Below are positions 57,242 through 64,000 of a stretch of 64,000 bases of DNA, one piece after another. Position 1 is the first letter of the stretch. Each line of letters begins with the position of its first letter. Made by a program: the position numbers and the translations under genes. The stretch covers positions 160,001-224,000 of the forward strand of contig OZ242214.1 of the NCBI GenBank assembly GCA_965206595.1, read 5' to 3'. The notes beneath the pieces are model-generated. The model worked only from the letters and a program-made list of their open reading frames with translations. It had not been told where the DNA came from and made no database searches. This DNA is from Candidatus Latescibacterota bacterium (GTDB lineage: Bacteria; Latescibacterota; UBA2968; UBA8231).

Positions 57242-58462
57242 ATGGGACCCGGAAGAGAGGGCGCATTTTTGCATCAATGCTACAGCCGCGGGTGCCGCCA
57301 CCGAAACGTGACCGCGGCAGCGGCGTTGCTCTGCCAGTTGACCCTGTTCTCGTTTGGGTGCGGGACGAACGAGGTTACCGTCGAAATCCGCGGTGGCGAA
57401 GGGGTTCAGATTCGCCTCGACGCAAACAGCCTTGAGCACGGGCGCAACCAGCTGGTCGACGCCGGCTCCTTTTCCTTCAACGATGTAAAGGGAGGCAGCT
57501 ACGAGGTGAACGTCGTTGCCGGATCCTATCTCGGCACACACACCCTTGAGATCGACTCGTCACCCATCGTCGGCAGCAACTCTCTAGGCCAAACATTTGA
57601 CATCCCGGGGGGCAGCAACGGGTCCTTCGCTCGCGAGGGCACGATATTGTTTTCATCCACAAGGACGACGTCGAGAAACTGGGACCTGTTCACAATAAAT
57701 GCGGACGGGAGCGAACTCACCCAACTCACCTCCTCCTCGGAGCCGGAACAGAGCGGAACTTGGTCTCCCGACGGTAATCGGATCGCCTTTACCCAGGGCG
57801 ACGTCCTTTCGAACATCGATGTCTACGTCATGTCTGCCGATGGGTCGCAACATCGGCGCCTGACGGAACACCCCGAACGGGATCAGCGGCCTGCTTGGTC
57901 TCCGGACGGATTGCAGATCGTTTTTGTCAGCCAAAGAGAGGGAGATGTCGAACTCTGGCTGATGGATGCGGATGATGGCGGCGACAAGCGCGAACTCACA
58001 AAGGGCAGAGATCCTTCCTGGGCCCCGAATGGAGACCTAATCGCTTTCGTCGGCCAGATGGATGGGAACGACGAGATCTACACCATCAGGCCGGATGGGT
58101 CCGACCTCCGCCGCCTTACCGATCAAAGGAAATTCGATTGGTTTCCCGCTTGGTCCCCATCTGGAGACCGAATCGCTTTCTGTTCGGAGCGCTTCGGTGG
58201 ACAGGAGTTGATGCTTGCCCGGACCGATGGCAGCGGACAGGCTCGCATCACTGTGGCTGAGGAGACGTACGAGCAGGAGCCGGCGTGGTCTCCAGATGGA
58301 AAGGGTCTGGCTTATTCAGGGAAAATGAAGGGCGATTACGAAATCTACCTCGTCAATACCCATGGCTTTGACTTCGATGATGTTGAAAACCCGGTAATGC
58401 CGTTCAACCTCACCGACAGCCCCGACCGCGACGACAAATCGCCGTCCTGGAGACCCTTCTGA
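57242..58462 (+). CDS. TolB-like (PD40 repeat) beta-propeller lipoprotein
   Basis: Possible lipobox FSFG-C; repeated P.WSPDG..IAF motifs; start uncertain (57242 or 57308). Confidence 0.85.
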   Translation: MGPGREGAFLHQCYSRGCRHRNVTAAAALLCQLTLFSFGCGTNEVTVEIRGGEGVQIRLDANSLEHGRNQLVDAGSFSFNDVKGGSYEVNVVAGSYLGTHTLEIDSSPIVGSNSLGQTFDIPGGSNGSFAREGTILFSSTRTTSRNWDLFTINADGSELTQLTSSSEPEQSGTWSPDGNRIAFTQGDVLSNIDVYVMSADGSQHRRLTEHPERDQRPAWSPDGLQIVFVSQREGDVELWLMDADDGGDKRELTKGRDPSWAPNGDLIAFVGQMDGNDEIYTIRPDGSDLRRLTDQRKFDWFPAWSPSGDRIAFCSERFGGQELMLARTDGSGQARITVAEETYEQEPAWSPDGKGLAYSGKMKGDYEIYLVNTHGFDFDDVENPVMPFNLTDSPDRDDKSPSWRPF

Positions 58463-58544
58463 AGCGCTCGGACCAGACAACCGCGTTGACAGTGCTACAT
58501 CGTCTCGTCAAGTTCCATATCGGTCCACTATATTCCATGCCAAA

Positions 58545-59237
58545 ATGAAGGAGCAAGGTCCCGTGGCCACACCAAGACTGCTGTATTCGACAGCTTCACA
58601 GCTGCTGGTTTGTTGCCTACTCGCATCCGGGTGCGCGACTACTTCGGGAGGGGGCGGTGGTCCCGCACCGATTCCGGAGGGGATGGGCAGGCTCATCCTG
58701 AATGCCGGCGGCATCAATGAGTTGAATTTCTACGTCATCGATCAGGATACCGATGCAGAGGTGTATTCCGATACTCCCCGCCTTTCGGCGAGTTCTCCGG
58801 CCTATTACGAAACGGGCGTTCAGGAATTCCGGTTGACGTGCGATATTCCGCCGGGACTCTACACCGTCGTCGTCAATACCGACATCGACGACAATGTGGA
58901 GATTAGGGACGTCGAAGTCGGATTGGGCGAGGAGAAGTACGTCCCCGTTCATGTCGGGCGATTCTCGGTCAGGTTCACAGGGGGCGAGGAGTTGGGGCGG
59001 CAGATACCCTTCCTCATCATGGACTACAACATGCGCACCGTTCTGGGCAAGGGGATGACCTCTTCGGAGATTCGTTATTTCATTGTCCCGGCCGGCAGGT
59101 CGTACAAGGTGCGCATCGAAAATTCACCGAGCGGCCTCGATGAGTTCCGGCCCGTAGAGGTCACCTACGGCGGAATCACTCACATAACGATCGAATCCGA
59201 GTCGCAGCAGCTCGAAGAGGAGGGCGGAATCGAGTAG
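58545..59237 (+). CDS. Hypothetical lipoprotein
   Basis: Lipobox LASG-C, Gly/Pro linker, beta-rich body. Confidence 0.7.
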   Translation: MKEQGPVATPRLLYSTASQLLVCCLLASGCATTSGGGGGPAPIPEGMGRLILNAGGINELNFYVIDQDTDAEVYSDTPRLSASSPAYYETGVQEFRLTCDIPPGLYTVVVNTDIDDNVEIRDVEVGLGEEKYVPVHVGRFSVRFTGGEELGRQIPFLIMDYNMRTVLGKGMTSSEIRYFIVPAGRSYKVRIENSPSGLDEFRPVEVTYGGITHITIESESQQLEEEGGIE

Positions 59238-59315
59238 CGTGCACTTGGTGTAGTAACGATACTACATAACGATACAGCAGGAGAATCAGCGACCCCCCTT
59301 GCGAGAGAAAAAACC

Positions 59316-60173
59316 ATGAAGGCTCTTCCCGCACTGATCGCCACGGGTGTAGCTGTATGTTCAGTCGCAGCGCAACAATCCAACATCGTCGCAACTGTGG
59401 TGGACCGAGCCGGGAACCGCCACGAAGTGTCGAAGCTTACCTACCAGGGGGGCGATAACATAGAGATCTACGTTGGCAACCAGCGCCGTATCCTCAAAAT
59501 GCAGGATGTCGATCGGCTGAAAATGCAAGGCGACAAGAACGACGAAGAGCAGCAGGTTGCCATTTTCCTGCGAACCGGTGAGGTTCTCAACGCAACCATC
59601 TTTTCCGGCGGCAGCGGTAGTTCTCCCCACCAGGACAGCTTCGGTGGGGGTTCCGTGATGCAACGTTTTGGAGGGGTCACCGAACTCGGACCCTTTCTGA
59701 TCCTGATGTCGGAGGTCAGCGGCGTGCTGTTCCTTCATCCCTCAGCCGCGGAGCCCGATGTCAAACTCAAAGCCACAGTCATCAACGAGGCGGGGGAGCG
59801 CTTCGAGGTCACCAACATCCGTTTTCGCGGAAAGCGCCGATTCGGGTATTTCCAAGGGTTGAAATTGCGCTCCAAGGAGATGGCAAGGATCAGCCGGCTG
59901 GATTTCTCGAAGGCAGCTGCGGGCACCGAATCCCGCACTGTGACGATCACTTTTCGCTCGGGACGCACTACCCAGGGAACGGTCGACGCCAGCACCGTGC
60001 GACTGGCTGGGGAAACCAACCGCATTTACGAGGAGCGAGTGGGTTCGGCTTTTACGGGCAGTTCTGGAACTGGAGGTTTCGGAATAGGGTTACACGACGT
60101 CAAGCTGATTCGCTTTCACGAGGAGGGCGACGAGACTCAGAGCGAGGATGTTTCCGAGACGGAGGAGAAATAA
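59316..60173 (+). CDS. Secreted hypothetical protein with internal two-fold duplication
   Basis: Signal peptide; ATVVDRAGNRHEV and ATVINEAGERFEV halves. Confidence 0.7.
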   Translation: MKALPALIATGVAVCSVAAQQSNIVATVVDRAGNRHEVSKLTYQGGDNIEIYVGNQRRILKMQDVDRLKMQGDKNDEEQQVAIFLRTGEVLNATIFSGGSGSSPHQDSFGGGSVMQRFGGVTELGPFLILMSEVSGVLFLHPSAAEPDVKLKATVINEAGERFEVTNIRFRGKRRFGYFQGLKLRSKEMARISRLDFSKAAAGTESRTVTITFRSGRTTQGTVDASTVRLAGETNRIYEERVGSAFTGSSGTGGFGIGLHDVKLIRFHEEGDETQSEDVSETEEK

Positions 60174-60226
60174 TAGCCTCCAAAATTGTTGGGGGAGTCG
60201 GCAGGCAGACGACGGGGTTTTGCGCC

Positions 60227-61102
60227 TTGATTAAGGTCGGGATCTTCGCAGTCGCAATCGTTCCGGCATTCGCTCACCAACCCCCCGGAGTCAGTATTCG
60301 GGCGTTCCAATTTTCCGACAATCACAAACCTGTGATAGATGGCGACTTGGCGGACTGGGAAATCGTCGATTCCGAATTCTGTGTGTCAACACTTCAGCTT
60401 ACAGACCTTGTCAACGGGGCTTTGGCGGATCTCTCCGATTTCCGTACCACACTCTGCGTAGGCTGGAACGATGCGTCAAACCAATTGTATGTAAGTGCGG
60501 TAGTTGTCGATGACGTCCATCAAATTGATCGTCCCGAGGGAACTCCTCCCGCTTTAATATTTCAGGACGACGATCTGGAGATATTTGTGGACGCCGATCA
60601 TTCGGGCGGTCAGTTCGCCGATTTTTCGGACCTGAGTGAGGAAGATCAATTGCGCCTGAACGGCATTGAGGCCAACCACTTCATCCTGTCTGGTCCACCA
60701 CCTCCAAACGAAGATTTCTTCGTCAATTTTTCTGCTGCTGGGTGGTATTCGGAGCCGGATGGGGAGTTCACCAAGGCTGCAGTAGTGGTGGCAATGCCTG
60801 GTGTCGTGGCCTATGAACTGGCGCTGACCCCTTTTGACAGAATCGACGTGGGAGCTTCTTTCCTCAGTGTGGCACATGACTTACGCGAAGGGGAAGTGCT
60901 CGGATTCAACGCGGAGTTCAACGATTTCGATACCCACTCGGAACTTTACGAAGCCAAGTGGTCTCTGAGCGGGGGGCACAATGCTTTCCGGTTGTCCGAG
61001 AGGTTCAGCGATCTCGAGCTGGCAGGCATTTCCAAGCCGGTCGCAGGCACCGCAATTCTGGAAAAGTCTTGGGGTCAAATAAAAACTTCCATCCGACCGT
61101 GA
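60227..61102 (+). CDS. Secreted CBM9/DOMON-like protein with C-terminal SWGQIK tail
   Basis: Signal AFA-H, P.IDGDLADW, VGWND...LYV...V.DD, DDLEIFVDAD; ends ILEKSWGQIKTSIRP. Confidence 0.72.
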   Translation: MIKVGIFAVAIVPAFAHQPPGVSIRAFQFSDNHKPVIDGDLADWEIVDSEFCVSTLQLTDLVNGALADLSDFRTTLCVGWNDASNQLYVSAVVVDDVHQIDRPEGTPPALIFQDDDLEIFVDADHSGGQFADFSDLSEEDQLRLNGIEANHFILSGPPPPNEDFFVNFSAAGWYSEPDGEFTKAAVVVAMPGVVAYELALTPFDRIDVGASFLSVAHDLREGEVLGFNAEFNDFDTHSELYEAKWSLSGGHNAFRLSERFSDLELAGISKPVAGTAILEKSWGQIKTSIRP

Positions 61103-61170
61103 AATGAACTATCTTACGGCGGACTTATGGCGGAGTTGCATCGGCTGACCGTTTGTACGAATTTACCGTC

Positions 61171-61201
61171 CCGAAAGAGCCGAAAGAGCCGAAAGAGCCG
61201 A
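61171..61201 (+). repeat. (CCGAAAGAG)x3 tandem repeat
   Basis: Read directly from the sequence. Confidence 0.9.
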
Positions 61202-61218
61202 GTGCGCCTTGGATCATT

Positions 61219-61270
61219 GGGGCGAGGCAAATAACAGGATCTAAGGGGCGAGGCAAATAACAGGATCTAA
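61219..61270 (+). repeat. Perfect 26-bp tandem duplication GGGGCGAGGCAAATAACAGGATCTAA
   Basis: 61219-61244 equals 61245-61270. Confidence 0.95.
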
Positions 61271-61290
61271 ACACAGGAGCCCGTGCGATT

Positions 61291-62070
61291 ATGTTCGCGA
61301 AACCGGATTTGGGACCGGCTACACCGCGCATAACACCTTTTCATCTCTTCGCAAAGATTGCCCTCGTCTCGATGATTTTGGCGAGTTGCGGATACTACCA
61401 CTATGCCACACCCTTGCGGCCCGCCGAGGGTCAGCAGAGTGCGATGAGTGTCGCTGACGACGGCAGCATTACCTTCACGCAGGATCGCCTTGAGGTCAGG
61501 CTTCGTCCTATGACGGACGAGGAGCTCAATCGGCAGTTTGCATCCCATTCTAATTCGGGACCGAAATCTACGAATCCCTATACCTACGGAAACACAAAGT
61601 TCTGGGAGGGCGAGCAGGAACGCACCCGATTTACGGTGTTTCGTCTCAGTGTCAAGAATTACGCCTATCCGAAGGTGAAGATTGATCCCGCCCGGATTCA
61701 GCTCGTCGCATCGAATAACCGCGAGTACTGGAGCCTAGGGAAACAGCAGATGGACACATACTACCGCGCCTATGCAATCGGGTATCGAGGCAACGAGTAC
61801 AACCGCTACCAAGAGCGGATGGATCTGCTGAATCGTACCATGTTCAAAAACGAAGAGATCTTCAGCGGACAGGAGAAGGAGGGGTTCGTAATTTTTCCTG
61901 CACTTCACCCCGATGTCCGCGAGGTAAACGTCATCGTTCACGATTGCGTACTGAGGTTCGACTACCGAAATGAACCGGTTGAAGCGGTCGATATTACCTA
62001 CGGTTTCGAACGAGACATCGGTCGCAGGTATGGCGATGCCGAACCAGAAATCGAGACTGCGAGCAAGTAG
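61291..62070 (+). CDS. Hypothetical lipoprotein
   Basis: Lipobox ILAS-C; AGGAG upstream. Confidence 0.75.
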   Translation: MFAKPDLGPATPRITPFHLFAKIALVSMILASCGYYHYATPLRPAEGQQSAMSVADDGSITFTQDRLEVRLRPMTDEELNRQFASHSNSGPKSTNPYTYGNTKFWEGEQERTRFTVFRLSVKNYAYPKVKIDPARIQLVASNNREYWSLGKQQMDTYYRAYAIGYRGNEYNRYQERMDLLNRTMFKNEEIFSGQEKEGFVIFPALHPDVREVNVIVHDCVLRFDYRNEPVEAVDITYGFERDIGRRYGDAEPEIETASK

Positions 62071-62099
62071 CGAGAAATACCACAAGGAGGATTGAGCTC

Positions 62100-63035
62100 A
62101 TGAATCCAGGGCGTCTATTCGCAACCGCCAGCGCCATAACGGTTCTGGCGACCACAGCGCATGCAGTAGTGAACATTCAGAACATCGGCGCGGGGGCACG
62201 CTCGGCATCGCTTGGCAACGCTTTTGTGGCCGTGGCGGATAATGGCGATGCGGTGTTCGCCAATCCGGCGGGGCTGAGCCAAGTCGAGGGCCGCCAGTTA
62301 GCCTACACCAACGTTTCTCTGCTATTCTCTGGGATCGATGGTGACAATCTGGGTCAGCACCTTTCCAGCTTTGTGCAGCCGATGGGAGAAAAGTTGGCCT
62401 TAGGCCTAGGCTACGAACGAATTGGCTCCGATCTGATGAGTGAAAACGGGGCGTTCTTCGGCCTGTCTTACCAGCTGAACCGAACCCTGTCCTTGGGATT
62501 AACGGCGAAATACCTGTTCTGGAGCGTGGGTGATATTCCAGACGATCCGGTAATGGGAGCTGATCCCCTGTCGAATACCAGCAACGGAGCCCCCGGCGTT
62601 GATGTCGGACTGCTGTGGAAGTCGCCGTTGGGCGGGGCGCATCTAGGGGTGCTGTTGAAGAACTTGAACCAACCGAACGTTGCAAAAACGTCGGTCCCGG
62701 GCGATCCTGATGCCGGCAAATTGCCAATGGATGTGCATATCGGTATAGCAGCCCCTGTGGCGGAGACCTCAATGGTGTCAGTTCAGTGGGTGATGCGCGA
62801 TCTCGGGGGCGAAACTGAGAAGAGTCTGGTAGTCGGTGGCGAGACCGTTCTGGTCGAAGGGCTGATGCTGCGTGCCGGAGGAAGTCGGGTTCTCGAAGAC
62901 GATGTCAGCGGCGATCTCAATGCCGGTCTGGGGTACCGGTGGAACAAAATGCTTTTTGACTACGGCTACCAAATCCCACTTGATCTGACCGGAACCAACG
63001 GATCACATCGTTTCTCTCTGAATTACATGTTGTAA
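62100..63035 (+). CDS. PorV/PorQ-like outer-membrane beta-barrel protein
   Basis: Signal ATTAHA, GAGARSASLGNAFVAVADNGDAVFANPAGL, DYGY...L...HRFSLNY terminus; RBS AAGGAGG. Confidence 0.8.
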   Translation: MNPGRLFATASAITVLATTAHAVVNIQNIGAGARSASLGNAFVAVADNGDAVFANPAGLSQVEGRQLAYTNVSLLFSGIDGDNLGQHLSSFVQPMGEKLALGLGYERIGSDLMSENGAFFGLSYQLNRTLSLGLTAKYLFWSVGDIPDDPVMGADPLSNTSNGAPGVDVGLLWKSPLGGAHLGVLLKNLNQPNVAKTSVPGDPDAGKLPMDVHIGIAAPVAETSMVSVQWVMRDLGGETEKSLVVGGETVLVEGLMLRAGGSRVLEDDVSGDLNAGLGYRWNKMLFDYGYQIPLDLTGTNGSHRFSLNYML

Positions 63036-63078
63036 CAAATCCTTCTGTTAATAGAATAACTGGCAAGGAGTTCTGGTC

Positions 63079-64000
63079 ATGACGGTCTGGTTGGGACTAA
63101 TAGTCCTGGGCCTTGGAGTGGGGACTAGCCTCTTCCTCCCCGTTCCGCAGAGCCTGAAGACCAAATTCGACGCGGGTCAATCACTTTATGCCCTCGGCGA
63201 GTACGAAGGCGCCATCATCGAGTACAGCAAAGTTGTCAAGTTCAACAGTCGGGCAGTTAGAACCGACAGTGTTCTTGTCAATTTCGGCGATGAGTTGGAG
63301 TTGCCGATCATGGCCGCGGCTTGGTATCAGCTTGGCAACGCCCACATGCGTAGCGGGGCCCACGAAAAGGCAGTCGATGCCTTTCGTCAGGTGACGGAAC
63401 AGACCGGCGTTCCTGAAGACTTCAGTCAACTCGTCCAATTTCGGGTGGCCGAGACCCGCTTCATGCAAAAGGAGTTTGGCAAGGCTGCAGACGAGTACAA
63501 GCGGTATGTCGAAATGTTCCCGGATTCGAGACTAGCCGGAGAGTCGCTGTTCTACGCCGGTTGGAGCGAGTTCAGTCTCGAGTCCTATGCTCAGGCCATC
63601 AACACCCTCTCAAGCATGCTTGAGAGGTATCCCGATGATCGCTACGCCCCGGACTCCCAATTCCGTATCGCATCGTCTTACTACGAGAAAGCCGAATACC
63701 AGCGAGCCGTGGACGAGGCTCAGGCTGTGCTTGATGGCTACCCGCAAAGTCCCGTCATCGCCTCAGCGACCTATTTGAAAGCTCAGGCCTTCGATGAGAT
63801 GGATCGGCCGGAGGAAGCAATCCAGGCCTATCGGGAGGTGCGGGATCTTTATGACCGTATGTACGAATTGCTTCGAGGGTCTTTCCGGGAAGGCAAGAAT
63901 GTTGATTTTGAGAATTATCGGCAGTTGTTCGAAACGTCATCGTTGCGCGTCGCTGAAATTTACCGCAAACAAGGCAGATTCGAAGAGGCCTACCAGGAAT
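63079..64000 (+). CDS. Tetratricopeptide repeat protein (BamD/CpoB-like repeats), runs off right edge
   Basis: Not in ORF track; RBS AAGGAG, MTVWLGLIVLGLG..., TPR helices (AWYQLGNAH, ERYPDDRYAPDSQFRIASSYY), open to the window end. Confidence 0.85.
   Translation, partial: MTVWLGLIVLGLGVGTSLFLPVPQSLKTKFDAGQSLYALGEYEGAIIEYSKVVKFNSRAVRTDSVLVNFGDELELPIMAAAWYQLGNAHMRSGAHEKAVDAFRQVTEQTGVPEDFSQLVQFRVAETRFMQKEFGKAADEYKRYVEMFPDSRLAGESLFYAGWSEFSLESYAQAINTLSSMLERYPDDRYAPDSQFRIASSYYEKAEYQRAVDEAQAVLDGYPQSPVIASATYLKAQAFDEMDRPEEAIQAYREVRDLYDRMYELLRGSFREGKNVDFENYRQLFETSSLRVAEIYRKQGRFEEAYQE

Noticed and set aside
61171-61270. Mini-CRISPR
   Set aside because: Repeats abut directly without spacers

Overview
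GC-rich chromosomal window from a diderm bacterium. FCB-like envelope proteins (two PorV/PorQ-type barrels, C-terminal (T/S)WGxxK tails, NPLDP lipoprotein) suggest Ca. Latescibacterota or a relative; this is inference only. Mostly housekeeping: purD (partial), era, glycerate kinase, lexA, tilS-ftsH-folP-cdaA, argRBDH, ligA, cyoE, mobA/larB, parAB, ppdK, ilvBN, a FadD-like ligase, galU and larA. Unusual parts: (1) a 2201-aa fibronectin-III lipoprotein built from nested, near-identical 930-bp and 2469-bp DNA repeats; (2) a co-oriented envelope cluster at 55.5-64 kb (CsgG/FlgT-like, TolB-like and other lipoproteins, PorV-like barrel, TPR protein, two secreted proteins with a WGxxK tail) that may be an undescribed T9SS-like export/sorting system; (3) a HAD-PfkB-DHS-like operon divergent from galU-larA, possibly a novel sugar-nucleotide pathway; (4) decayed mobile elements at 47.5-50.1 kb (IS630-type MITE, IS630 remnant, frameshifted ISL3). 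A LexA box (GAAC-N4-GTTC) and tandem ARG boxes are visible. No rRNA, tRNA or CRISPR array was seen. All calls come from motif recognition by eye, without database searches.
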